A DNA stretch of 64,000 nt from positions 55,118,001 to 55,182,000 of the forward strand of contig OZ024744.1 in assembly GCA_964016885.1 (NCBI GenBank), read 5' to 3'. This DNA comes from Eledone cirrhosa (taxonomy: Eukaryota). The stretch's first letter is position 1; every line of letters begins with the position of its first letter. A program made the position numbers and the translations under genes. Shown here in pieces: positions 1 to 12,107 of this stretch. The notes under the pieces are model-generated. The model was not told the DNA's origin and did no database searches. It saw only the letters and a list, made by a program, of their open reading frames with translations.

Positions 1-365
1 TAAAGTGGTAGTGTTGGTGCTACAATAAAATGATCCCAGTACTCTGTAAAGTGTTAGGGCCAGTGTCACAATAAAATGCATCCAGTCAACTGTAAAGTGG
101 TAGTGCTGGTGCTACAATAAAATGTATCCAATACACCCAAGAGTGCTGGTATCACAAAATTAACCTAGTACATTGTTAAGTGGTTGTGATGATGCCACAA
201 TAAAATGCCCCCAGTACACTTTTGTAAAGTGTTATTGATGGTGCCACAATGAAATGCCCCCAGTACACTTTTGTAAAGTGTTATTGATGGTGCCACAATG
301 AAATGCCCCCAGTACACTTTTGTAAAGTGTTATTGATGGTGCCACAATGAAATGCACCCAGTACA
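1..365 (+). repeat. 46-49 bp minisatellite (about 7 units) expanded inside an RTE-tailed SINE-like element that ends near 530
   Basis: Unit ~GTACACTCTGTAAAGTGGTAGTGCTGGTGCTACAATAAAATGCACCCA; three nearly perfect 49-bp units at 203-353. Confidence 0.9.
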
Positions 366-571
366 CTAGTGGTTAGCATTAGGAAGGACATCCAGTTATA
401 GAAACCATGTCAAAAATGGAACATATAAGCAAAACATAGCTCTTGAAAAGCAAAACAACCTCTTGGACTGCAACAACCTGTCCAACCCATGCCAGCATAA
501 AAAAATGGGTATAAAAAGGTAATAATAATACATGTATATATTAAATATTATTTATTCAAGGTTTTACTTAC

Positions 572-796
572 AATTTACCATCTTTAAATGACCGCACAAG
601 TAGGTGATCTTTGTTCTTCAGTTCAACTTGATGAGCATCAGGCAAAACAACGAGAACAGGTACATATAAAGGGGATTTTCTTTTATCTCCAGTTTCCATA
701 CACATCACTTTTCCAACAAGTTCTTGAAATCGTCCTTTGTACGATGCTCTTTTAGGCGGACTGTCTTCGGAGCTGCTGTCTTCTTCATAATCAGCC
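572..796 (-). CDS. ARID4: ARID4A/B orthologue, coding exon 7 (start of RBB1NT/PWWP-like domain); gene continues beyond left edge
   Basis: tttcag|G acceptor and TT|gtaagt donor; 225 nt, phase 2 to phase 2; encodes ADYEEDSSSEDSPP...LVGKVMC...HLLVRSFKDGK, matching the ARID4 'VRSFKDGKF' motif; in frame with exon 6. Confidence 0.93.
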
Positions 797-959
797 CTGA
801 AAGATGAAGACAGGCTGTTCGATGAATGCAAATGCTGTTCTCCAAAGCAAAAAAAACAAGAACAATCAAATCATCAGACTAAAATATCTGGCTTCCTTTT
901 GACTAAGTATATAGGCCTGTTTTAGGGGAAGGAAATGTCATGTCTAAGTGATATTCATG

Positions 960-1545
960 CTTTTCACGAAAGAACAGGTAGCGTGTCAGTGCAAATCAAG
1001 ACATTGTTAGGGAAAAGTGTGTACGGAATGACAATCAGACACTCTTAATAATGCTAAGCAAAAAAGAGCCTTGGAAATGTTACTATGAGAAGTTACTGGA
1101 AAATACATGGAGAAAGAGAGAGACTACACTAAGTAGATCTAACAGAAGGGCCAGCTATTTAAGATAGCAAAAGTGGTGAAAATAATATTGCAGATATGAA
1201 GGCAGGGAAAGTGGCAAAACTAACAGGGGACAGTTACTGAGATGTTAAAAATATCCAACATAATAGAGCACATACTACTCACTTACATACTCATAAAGAA
1301 TTTGCTTAGATGAGATATAGTTTAGGCTTGTGCTTAGACAGAGTACCACAAATGATATTTTCATGGTGAGACAAATGCAAGAAATTCAGAACAGTAAGCC
1401 ACTGTATCTAACATTTGTCATTCTGGAGAAGGCCTTTGAAGAGTAAAACATACTCTGTAACCTGGTGATCTCAAAGAAAACTAGATGTAGATCAATGGCT
1501 TATGAGAGCCATGTACACAATGATGTCAGCAAGGTGAAAGTTAAT
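960..1545 (+). mobile_element. Highly decayed RTE LINE fragment (RT N-terminal part)
   Basis: Remnants of KPLYLxFVxLEKAF and WKCYYEKLL with many frameshifts. Confidence 0.75.
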
Positions 1546-1992
1546 ATATATATATATACACACAAATATATATGTATTGATGACATATATATGTGTGTTA
1601 GTCTCTCTCTCTATTTTATATATATATATACATACATACATACATACATACACACATACACACTAAAGTGGTTGGTATTAAGAAGGGCCTCCAGCCATAG
1701 AAAATTTGCCAAAGTGTCAAGAGATCTCTTCGGTTATGTCAAGAGCACAGAAATCTCACTAGTGCTGGTGCCCCCAAAATATGCACCCAGTACACTGTGT
1801 AAAGTGCTGGAATGTATGTAAGTGAAATGCAGCCATCTTGGCAGTCTGAAAGGTCAGTAGCTCCAATTAAGTACTGACTCATTCTAGCAATGGACAACCC
1901 ATTCTAGCAATGGATAAAATGTTAAATGATGATGATGATGGTTATTCTAGATATAATTATTACTACTAATCCAGCTATATAAGATCACTTAC

Positions 1993-2087
1993 CCTGAAGC
2001 AGAATACCTTCCTCTTTTCCCTTTTTTACTCTGCATTACTGGAGTACCAAAGTGTTCGGGATGAGACAGAGGCAAATGATCCAGAGT
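1993..2087 (-). CDS. ARID4: ARID4A/B orthologue, coding exon 6
   Basis: tgcag|ACT acceptor and GG|gtaagt donor; 95 nt; TLDHLPLSHPEHFGTPVMQSKKGKRGRYSAS, compare vertebrate TLDQLPLTNPEHFGTPV. Confidence 0.95.
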
Positions 2088-2289
2088 CTGCAACATCATG
2101 ACATGCAAAAAGTTAAATATAAGTTTTTTTCTGATTAATAACAAAATGGAAAACTGATAATAAAGATTGATACATAGAGCCAGCCTGTTTACATATAAGA
2201 AACAATTACAAGTAGAATGGGGAAATGTTCATTTTTAAATATAAGTGTTTTATGGCTGTTTTCCTTGCTAGAGTAGAGTCTAGACTTGT

Positions 2290-2611
2290 GGGGCCCATTT
2301 CAAGCTTCTCCGACATCATTAACCTTGACTATCTTGGTCTTCCCCTTCTTTAAACATTCTTCTCCATAACTCTTCTCACCTAGTCACTTTCATCTTTCCC
2401 TCAACACGTGACCCAACCACCTCTTTCTATTTCTCTTCATAACATTCATCACTGGCTCCAATTTCATCAACTTCTGCAATTCTTTGTTTGTCTTCCTCTC
2501 TCTTTGTCTCAAAGATACTCCATACATCCACTGAACCATTCCCACTCCTATTCTTTCCAGCCTGCTCTGTTGCTCCATATTCATCAGCCATGTCATACTT
2601 GCATAAATCAT
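2290..2611 (-). mobile_element. Old RTE LINE 3' fragment, interrupted by the younger copy at 2612-4222 and continuing at ~4223-4300
   Basis: MIYASMTW...RLER...RWLGHVLR; the upstream part ...YAARVR lies on the other side of the insertion. Confidence 0.75.
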
Positions 2612-4222
2612 GACACTTCAGGGGACGTAGGCACTAAACTGGTTGCACGCATCATCAATCAGGCTATATTTGGTGGTGTCATACCCAAAGACTGGTGCAG
2701 CAGTATTCTCATAAATTGCTACAAAGGTAAAGGGGATGCTCTGGAGAGGAGCAATTATAGGGGCATAAAACTGATGGATCAAGTTATGAAAGTGGCAGAA
2801 AGGATTTTAGCACAACTAATTAGAGAAAGGGTCAAACTAGATGAGATGCATTTTGGTTTTGTGCCTGGGAAGAGTACAACAGATGCCCTCTTCTTTGTGA
2901 GACAATTGCAAAAGCAGTTCTTAGAGAAGAATAAGCCACTATACTTAGCCTTTGTTGACCTAGAGAAGGCCTTTGATAGGGTTCCCCGATCTGTCATCTG
3001 GTGGTCCCTAAGGAAGTTAGGTGTTGAGGAATGGCTTGTGAGGACAGTGCAAACTTTGTACAGAGGTACTCTCAGTAAAGTCAGGGTAGGAATGGAGTTT
3101 AGTGAGGAATTCCAGATACAAGTAGGAGTACATCAGGGTTCGGTCCTCAGCCCGCTCTTGTTCATTATAGTCCTCCAAGCCTTAACAGAGGAGTTTAAGA
3201 CTGGCTGTCCATGGGAACTTCTCTATGCTGACGATCTGGTTCTTATAGCAGAATCAGTAGAGGAGCTAGAGAATAAATTCTGGCTATGGAAACAGCAGTT
3301 GGAAGCAAGAGGACTGAGAGTGAATCTATCTAAGACAAAAGTGTTGATAAGTAGAAAAGAGGACAAAACCCTGATTCCGTCAGGGAAATGGCCATGTTCG
3401 ATATGCAGAAAAGGAACTAGCATAAATTCTATAAAATGCACACAATGCAGATCCTGAGTACACAAGAGATGTAGCGGGATAGCAGGCAAACTAACAGGTA
3501 GGGAGAAATACGTATGCAGTAGATGTACAGGGAAATTAGACAGTAGAAGTCGCATTGATAGACACATTTTTCAAATGCAGGCGGGCGCTATAGAAGTGGT
3601 GGATAGCTTCCGGTACTTAGGAGATCAGATTAGCATGGGAGGAGGGTGTTCCGAGGCCATAGTATCTAGAATAAGGACGGGTTGGAAGAAGTTTAGGGAG
3701 CTGCTTCCTCTGTTGACGAAGAAGGGTTTCTCCCTGCGTACGAAAGGCCGGTTGTATGATGCCTGTGTGAGGAGCGCGATGCTGCATGGTAGTGAGACAT
3801 GGGCAGCAACTGCAGAGGATATGCGACGGCTGGAGAGAAATGAGGCAAGCATGCTCCGTTGGATGTGCAGTGTAAATGTGCGTGAACGACCCAGCATAAA
3901 TGTGTTGAGAGAGAAACTGTGTCTGAGAGGGATAGAATGTAGTGTACGGGAGAGGAGACTGAGGTGGTATGGACATGTGATGCGCATGGCGGGTGACCGA
4001 TGGGTGAAGAAGTGCCAGGAATTGCCAGTTGAAGGAAGACGTGGTAGAGGTAGACCTCGAAAAACATGGGCGGAGGTGGTGAGAACAGACCACAAATCAT
4101 TGAAGCTCACGGTGGAGATGACGAAGGACCGTGACGAGTGGAGAGATGCTGTGCTGAATAAGACCCGTCCCACCCTTGCAAGCAGGGAAAAGCGGACGTA
4201 AAATGATGATGATGATGATGAT
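2612..4222 (+). mobile_element. RTE-clade LINE, subfamily A, 5'-truncated, young but disrupted
   Basis: RT motifs NYRGIKL, FVDLEKAFDRV, GVHQGSVLSPLLF, LLYADDL; Cys/His finger; C-terminal RRLRWYGHVMR/GRPRKTW; (GAT)n tail; in-frame TGA at 3455-3457. Confidence 0.95.
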
Positions 4223-4324
4223 TCTCACACGTGCAGCATACCCTCGTCTTTTAAGTTTTTGAGTACATTCCCAACCTAGAAATTGCAATTAATAGGTTAT
4301 CAGTTAACTATTCCACATTCACAT

Positions 4325-4555
4325 TTAAATGTGGTAGTGCTGGTACTACAATAAAATGCACCCTGTACACTCTGTAAAGTGGTAATGCTGGTGCTATAAT
4401 AAAATGTACTCAATACACTCTGTAAAGTGGTAGTGCTAGTGCTACAATAAAATGTACTCAGTATACTCTGTAAAGTGGTAGTGCTGACACTACAATAAAA
4501 TGTACTCAGTACACTCTGTGAAGTGGTAGTGTTAATGCTACAATAAAATGCAACA
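4325..4555 (+). repeat. 48-bp minisatellite (about 4.5 units), same unit family as 1-365
   Basis: ACAATAAAATG recurs every 48 bp, which explains the 16-aa periodic spurious ORF 4300-4563. Confidence 0.9.
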
Positions 4556-4821
4556 TGGGACATAAAGTGATGATGGTGATAATGACGGCAATGATGAGTA
4601 GGAAGTGATTGCTAACTAAGATTGAGCTTACTTCCAACACAAAAAAAAAATCTATAACATTAATGCTATGCTACATTAACAGAACAATATTCAACTCGAT
4701 TCACACACTATATGATTTATATATTCAGTTATTCCTTTATAGTCTCTCAATCCTGCAGGCATACATACACACTCATATACAAATGCCCTTACCACATCTA
4801 CATGTGTGGAAATAGTCTTAC

Positions 4822-4901
4822 CTCGCTTTCTACAAAGTGTTTCTCTCCTTTTAAACATAATTGAGTTCTTCTGAGTGTCCTCTCATCTCCATCGTCGAAT
4901 A
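4822..4901 (-). CDS. ARID4: ARID4A/B orthologue, coding exon 5 (Tudor domain)
   Basis: tttgtag| acceptor and GAG|gtaaga donor; 80 nt; (V)[26 protein letters not shown], near-identical to vertebrate ARID4. Confidence 0.96.
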
Positions 4902-6293
4902 CTACAAAATAAAAATTTATATTATCATTAACTTGAACACTGATATTGTCTTGTGTTTTCACATCACTAGACCCATGTGTACATATGTATATGTGTGTGT
5001 ATTGATTATGTAGATGGCAAGTGTTTGGAAGCTCAAATAGCCCTAAAGACTACACTAAGGCCACAAATGTCTGAAATGTTCAGCCACATACACTAATACT
5101 AGATGAGCTACACTTGTAATTCAAAGGACCAGCCTTGTAATGCACTGTTAAAAGAATGAGAGTAGAAGACTTCCACTTGGCCAAAACACCAGTCCATCAC
5201 ATCTTATGCTGCTGGTACTCAGTTTCAGTTGATAGAACTGGAGCAATGTGAAATGAAATGCTTTGCTCAACATTACAATTCTAAGACCAACACACTAACC
5301 ATTAGTGCAGGTAAAGGAATCCCGAGATGATATTCCATCTGAGATGCTAATGAAAAGTTTCCTGAAGACAAGAATATCAAAAAGCATGAATGGTACAGAC
5401 ATCACCAGTGATAAATATAGAAGTTCTACTTGGGCATGGTTTTAATGGAGCTATCAACTTTTTCACAGGATTTTATAACCATAAAAGATTTTACATGAGT
5501 ATTATATATATATTTTGGTTAAATTAGTAAATCTTGTAGAGTTTGTTTATTCAAAGCTGGTTCTTCATCCTGCTGTTACCCTCTTTCCCGTTTCTCCTTC
5601 AAAACAACTATTGTAATTCAAACATGTTGAAATATCAGTCACTGTGAAGAACAGTGAATGGGGAAAATCAGAGTAGCTTCAACCTCAAATAAATTATCAT
5701 TGCAGTATCATGTTATAACAGAAATGTTGACAGTCATAGAACATTCTACTTGACAGTCTCTTTCATAGGTTTTTGTGTTGAACAAGGTTTCTTTAACTCA
5801 GATACTATATTTGAATGATATAAAATGTACTGAGTGTGTATTTAGATTATAATGCTACTAAAGAGTAGAAGCCATGGTTGTCTTTAGTTTAACATATTCT
5901 TGTCTATATTTCTAATGAAATACATTGTCATACAGTTTCAATTGATTATTAAAACAATCAGGAATTTAGAAAGGTTTAATTAAAATAACTGTCCACCTTA
6001 TTTAGCTATTTTTTTAACATAAGTTAACAGAAGGTTCCTACATATATAATTTTGACAGTAGGTCAACTCTTAACATCCTGTAATGATTTAGCAGAAAATA
6101 TCTAAAAACTGTTTTATTACATCAAATGTTTTTGTTATCTTTATCAGTGGACAGATTGTGAAAATGTTCTGTATACTAAAGAAAAGATTTTAATTTCTAA
6201 TATGATGTAATCTCAGCATTGCTTTGTACTTTTCAAGAATTTCTTGCTAATGTGGTTTCATGAATGTTAAGAGATAAATTTTAGTATAATACT

Positions 6294-6517
6294 TTAACCT
6301 TTTAGCATTTAAACCAGCCATATCCGGCCAGAATTCTCACCTCTTTCTGTTCAAACCAGCCATAACTGGCTGCTCATAATTACATTAAGGTATTGTTCTC
6401 AAAATAAATAATATCAAAATCTCAGATTCAATATTATGTGAGATATTATGTAAGATAAAGACTTTACTGTGAAAATACAATAGTATATATAGAGTAATGT
6501 AAATGCTAAAGGGTTAA
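6294..6517. mobile_element. TTAA-flanked MITE (piggyBac-like non-autonomous), family 1
   Basis: TTAA-CC(C)TTTAGCATTTA ... TAAATGCTAAAGGG-TTAA; sister copies at 14708, 38068 and 41423. Confidence 0.85.
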
Positions 6518-6824
6518 AATTGACAATTTTGTATTATAAAACTAGGAGTGGTTTCAGTTGGTTTGCAATGAAAAAGTTTAATATTTTCAGCAACTTTTCA
6601 TTTATATGAGAGAGTTTCTACCAGGACATTATGTCAACCTTTTTGATACCAAACTGGCCTTGATTTTAATACAAACTGCTTATTTTTAAATATTGATATT
6701 TATCTAAAACCTTCCCATCTTAATAGAAAATTATATTATGAAATCCCTCTGAATTTTTGATTATTTTCAAAAAGATTTGAAAAATCAGTGTTTTTTATTA
6801 GAAGTATATTAATGAAAGGGTTAA

Positions 6825-7705
6825 TGGAGCTGTCAGTAAGGTTAGAATTAACAATGAATATTGTGAAGAATTTATTGTAAAAGTTGGTGTTCATCAAAGC
6901 TCTGTCCTTAGCCCCCTCCTATTTATTATTGCCCCTCAGGCTATAACAGAGGGGTTTAAGACCGGCTGCCCATGGGAACTCCTATACACAGATGATCTAA
7001 CTCTCATAGCTGAATCTATGGCTGAACTAGAGAAGAAATTCCAAACATGGAAGAATGGCCGAGAATCAAAAGGCCTTAAAGTTAACTTGTCTAAGATTAA
7101 AGTTCTAGTTTGTAGAAAGGAAAATAGGGCACAGGTGCCCTCAGGGAAATGGCCATACTCAGTGTGGTGGAAAAGAGTAGGCAGAAATTCCATTTTATGT
7201 CTTAAATGCAAACTATGGGTACATAAAAGATATAGTGAACGTAGATTTTATATGTGGCCGATGCTCAGGTGCAATAAGTAGCAAGTGCCCACAGGATACT
7301 AGCTCCTTCTATTGCCCAGATGGTTCTATAGAAATAGTGGACAGCTTCCGTTACCTGGGTGACAAAATCAGCAGTGGTGGAGGGTGCTCTGAAAGTACAG
7401 TAGCCAGAGTCAGAACAGGATGGAAAAAGTTCAGAGAGCTTATACCGCTGTTGGCCACAAAAGGTTTCTCTCTAAAATGAAAGGCAGATTGTATGATGCC
7501 TGCATACTAACAGCAATGCTACATGGCAGTGAGACATGGGCATTGTGTGCAGAGGACCTGCATAGACTGGAGAGGAACGAAACATGCATGCTCCGTTGGA
7601 TGTGTAATAGTAATATACGTGAACGTCAAAGCATAACTGAACTAAGTGACAAATTAGGTATAAGAGGGATCAGATGTTGTTTACTCGAGAGAAGACTACA
7701 TTGAT
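6825..7705 (+). mobile_element. RTE LINE internal fragment (subfamily C-like)
   Basis: GVHQSSVLSPLLF, GCPWELLYTDDL, VDSFRYLGD, AMLHGSETW with frameshifts. Confidence 0.9.
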
Positions 7706-7966
7706 ATCAGCATTTCATTGCTAGGCATAACATTGTATTTCAACATCATTTTAACATCCGCTTTTCCCTGCTTGCAAGGGTGAGACGGGATATATAGATA
7801 TATACACGCAGGCACACACAGATATATACATCATATATAAAAAGTGCGGAAATTATAACTTCAATTGAAAGGTTAATTTCCACTCTCAACAAATAAATTT
7901 TAAACTGTACAAAGTTTGGCTATAGAAATTGAAAGAAATGTTATTTAAACCCATTATAATACTCAC

Positions 7967-8060
7967 CAACAGTATACATGCTACAATCATTGACTTTGTT
8001 AACAACACCTTCAGCTAAATGATTAGTTTCTGACATGTTAACCACAACAGGAGCACCAAC
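7967..8060 (-). CDS. ARID4: ARID4A/B orthologue, coding exon 4 (Tudor domain)
   Basis: tttcag|GTT acceptor and G|gtgagt donor; 94 nt; VGAPVVVNMSETNHLAEGVVNKVNDCSMYTV, compare VGAIVE...INKLTDASWYTV. Confidence 0.94.
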
Positions 8061-8094
8061 CTGAAAATATATTTAGTAATTAATAAAAATTATA

Positions 8095-8575
8095 TTGAAA
8101 TATTTAAAGAAATAAAGTGAGCATGCTTCAATGGATGTGTGGTGTTAATGTACATGAACAGCAAAGCATGGATGAGCTGAGAGAAAAAGGAAAAATGATT
8201 GAATATATAAGGGATCAAATGTAATGTGCAAGAGCAATGACAGCGTTGGTATGGCCATGTGCTGAATATAGATGATGATCACTGGATGAAGAAGTGTCAA
8301 GAGTTTCAAGTGGAGGAAAGCTGCAGTAAAGGAAGATATGGGCAGATGTGGTGAGGGCAGATTTCAAAACACAAAACTTCACAGAGGAGATGATGAATGA
8401 GTGTAATATGTGGAAAGAAGTTGCAGTAAAGGAAGACCTGAACAGAAGTGGTGAGAGTAGATTTCAAAACAGTAAACCTCAGAAGAGATGATGAATGAGT
8501 GTAACAAGAGGAAGTAAGTTGTGCTAGAAAAAATTCATCTAACCCATGCATACATTAAAAAAACAGGCATAAAAA
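8095..8575 (+). mobile_element. Decayed RTE LINE 3' end
   Basis: Remnants of MLQWMC, RWYGHVL and the CCCATGC terminal motif. Confidence 0.7.
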
Positions 8576-9544
8576 AGATAGAAATGATAAAAATTAGAAC
8601 ATATTTTGAAATACTAATTTTTAATGCATATTAAAAATAGATTTTTGTAGATTTTTACTGTAACAAAATGTCATATTGTAATACAACATGAAAACAAGTA
8701 CTAAATTGGCATTTTCCCTGGTAAGCCTTGCAAGACACATCGCAGGCTTCATACTTAAAGCAATGTTTTATGACCAGATGCCTTTCCTGGAATTAACCCC
8801 CTTATGACATAATGAGTGTTTTTTTGCAAATTTCCATTACTTTTAAAAACTTAGAATCACTGTTAAATAAAAATAAAACATTTCAAAAGAAAACAAAATT
8901 AATTGAAATAACCAATTAGATTGAAATATTTCTTTTTTGTTTATTCCAAGGACCTCTACTTAAAATTAAAGGCACGATTCACATTTAGAAATAGGTATAT
9001 ATGAGCAGATGCTTTGGCTGTTGTTTTGGAGATATGATTACTGATAATCCTATTGTTATTACAGCTCACACCTATGTAGGCTTACTTAGCTTCCAATGAG
9101 GTTGTATCTCATAGAAAGGACAGGGTAGTCATCATGATAAGACTCCCTCTTGGACAGGGCACCAGTTTGTTGCAAGAGATAACCCCCAACTACAGCTGGT
9201 ATTCCTGTGTCATCAACTGAGTGAACTGGAACAACTAAAAAATAGAGTGTCATGCTCAAGGACATAGTGTCACCAGATCCAGGAATCAAACCCATGACCT
9301 TATGATTGTAAGTCCAATCCATACCATACCATGCACGTTCACAGATAAGCCTACTAGATTCTTATAATCTTTTTAAGGAGAAAGGTTTTTCATTGCCTGT
9401 TCCATATCCATTAGAGGACTGAATTTGTCGCAGCTGTCTATATCCTGGTTTTCAAAAGAAGTACACTGCATTCCTGAACTTTATTCAATGGATTACCACA
9501 GGTCTTTCCGATCTTGTACATTCTAATGAAGGCATTTGGCCTAG

Positions 9545-9975
9545 AGGTTAGAGTGTTGCATTCATGAGCATTAGTTCATAAATCTGATTCCTGTATAGAA
9601 AACTGGCATCTGTGAAATGGTTCATTGGTAGTCCTAAGCTGCACTGCAAGACATCTGCACAAGAGACATGGAGGTACTCAATATCAATACAAAATCCTGG
9701 AAGTGCTTTACAGATGACTGGGAGAGATGGAGAGATAACCTGAATGGTTTCCTGAAGACAGGAAAAGAGAAGCTGTTGGATGCTGCAGCAGAAATGCAGG
9801 CACATAGAAATGAGCACAACAGTACTAAAAGACTAATGAACATACACATATGTGACCTCTGAAAAAGTCACTCTTACACTGATCTTTTCAATCACAAGTA
9901 GTTCTTGTGACCACTCCAACAGAACAAAAAATTTAGAACAAGAATATAACCCATAGTCAGTCATGACAGAAGAAG
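9545..9975 (+). mobile_element. Decayed RTE/BovB-type LINE 3' end (different lineage from A-C)
   Basis: LYRKLAS...PKLHCKTSAQETW / LNINTKSW...WERWR resembles the BovB/RTE-1 C-terminus. Confidence 0.6.
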
Positions 9976-10149
9976 ACCAGAAAAGAATAAATATATGAAT
10001 GTCCTAAAAGATAACTAAATAAGTTGGTGTAATGGACACCTAGCTGTAACACTGCCTCAAAAAATCTCATCCAGCCCATGCCAATGTGGAAAAACAGCCC
10101 TAATATGACCAATATTGACAAAAAGACTATCAGATTTTTACATCATTGA

Positions 10150-10545
10150 TCCTTATAGTAGTGAGACATGGGTATTGAATGCAAAAGATGAACAATGGCT
10201 AGAAAGAAATGATTCAAGCATGCTCTGCTGGATGTGTAATGTTAGTGTGCATAAATGAAGTGGGGGCATGAAAGGCATCAGATACACTGCGCAGGAGAGA
10301 AAATTGCACTGGTACAGATATATAAAGCACATAGACAATGATCATTGGGTGAAGATGTGCCAGGTGTTCCCAGTGGAAAGATGCTGTAGAAGAGGAAGAT
10401 GAAGAAAGATTTTAACATGCTAGCGTGGAAGATGATGATGATAACTGGTGAAAGCTGATCTCAGAATGCTGAATCTTGAGATGCCCTTAGGAAGCTACCT
10501 CATCTAACCCATATAAGCATAGAAAAGTGAATGTGATGATGATTT
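10150..10545 (+). mobile_element. Decayed RTE LINE 3' end
   Basis: SETW...LERNDSSMLCWMC, terminal motif and GAT tail. Confidence 0.75.
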
Positions 10546-11143
10546 TATTTACTACCATAGTATCAATGATTGACTGATTTTGAGAAAGCAACCATTTTCT
10601 CAGAAACAAAGGTTTATAGATTGGCAGATTAGAAAGTAAATTGTTAGAGTGTTAGATTGAATACTTTGCTATATTTATTCTGGCTCTCTAATCTCTCAGT
10701 TCAGATTATTTCATCCTTTTGGGGTTACTTAATATCAGTTCAGCACTGTCTTGGCAGTCTATTTTGGCTCTATGCATCTTGAGTTCTAATCCTATTTCCT
10801 GTCATCAAAGGAACAGCCTATGAGATGCAGCCTCATAAGGAGGCAGCAGAAACCTTTGCAGATGAGCTAGAACAACTACTATAAAAAGAATTTTTGAAAA
10901 TCCAATTTGTTTCCCAGGAAGAAGTTCAGCATATTAGAATACTGTGCATCATCCACTTTCCACACTAGCATGGGTTAGAAGGGTTGTCCCATTAGAGGCA
11001 AGTTGGGTCAGGTGACTGTCTTGCTCATATAGAACTGCGTATACTTGCATATATGGTATAAGTAAAAAACTTTCTACAAAAATACATGAAAAACCATCAT
11101 GTCACTTAACTATTTAACCCATAAAACCTCAATTCAAATCATT

Positions 11144-11420
11144 TGTTATTACGTAGGTTTAGCTGGCCTCATACAAAGTTACATACCATAGGTTTCTCTG
11201 GTGGTTTAATAATAAGAGCACCAGTCATATCAACACTACATGTTGTTACAGCTCATACCTATGTAGGTTTGGTTGGCCTCCTACAAATTTACATACCATA
11301 GGTTTCTCTTGTGGTTTAATGGTATGAGGCCCAGTACTATAAATACTACATGTTACAGCTCACACCTTCGTAGGTTTACCTGGCCTCCTACAAGGTTACA
11401 TCTCATAGTGTATTTCAAAT
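11144..11420 (-). repeat. About 2.5 tandem copies (~100-110 bp) of a SINE 3' segment
   Basis: GTAGGTTT..CTGGCCTC..ACAA.GTTACAT repeated three times; the same segment is dispersed at ~9055, 12340, 12645, 39110 and 49200. Confidence 0.75.
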
Positions 11421-11772
11421 ACATCAGCTCTATCATATAAAACTCCTTCCTAGGCCAGTTGCTGGTACTTCTTTTTTTTAATTGAATGGAATAGTGCAAT
11501 ATAAAATGAAGCTTCTTGCTTAAAGACACAGCAAGCTGTCCAGTCAAGGAATCAAATATTGTAGTCAGGTTAGAGGGTAAGATAGGGAGAAAAAGTGAGT
11601 TAGAGGTGGGAAGTCGGTTAGGATGAGGAGGCATATTTGTTCATTATGTCGATATGAATACAGCATATATATACAAAGCACAAAGATAGTAGCAAATGCA
11701 ACAAATTAATCAGAGAAGAGAAAAGAAAGCAGCAACAAGCCACAACAACCACAACAAGGCATTTTACTTCAC

Positions 11773-12107
11773 ATAAACCACTAATTAAATTATTCAATAT
11801 CACATTTTTGTGAATAATAGTCTTGGCTGCAGCTTTCCACTGGCTCGGTGCATTTTATGGTGGCAAGAGTGACAATGGGGAAGGAAGTCTTTGTAATGCA
11901 AATACAATAAACACTCCAGGTTATTTGTTTAAAAACACCAAACTATCAGTTTCCATGACAATTTTTACATACATAACCAATGCACATCATCAAAAGAATT
12001 ACACACACACACACAGACCGCTGGGTAAAGAAGTGCCAAGAAATCCCAGTAGAAGTCCCACCCTTGCAAGCAGACGTAAAGCGGACGTAAAAGGATGATG
12101 ATCATGA
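11773..12107 (+). repeat. Composite repeat, copy 1: ~240-bp unassigned head plus internally deleted RTE-A 3' end
   Basis: Near-identical to 47661-48121. Confidence 0.9.

Noticed and set aside
1-365. CRISPR-like array
   Set aside because: Contiguous tandem units without unique spacers, in eukaryotic intronic context
568-831. 87-aa stand-alone ORF
   Set aside because: It is ARID4 exon 7 read through its splice sites; the N-terminal MHSSNSLSSSFR is intronic
2408-3457. 349-aa ORF as a host gene or active RT
   Set aside because: It is a chimera of antisense old-LINE sequence and a truncated RTE, and ends at a premature TGA inside the Cys/His finger
5545-5597. Possible alternative terminal exon after exon 4 (GETGKRVTAG*, then AATAAA)
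   Set aside because: Weak AAG acceptor; such motifs are expected by chance in AT-rich introns
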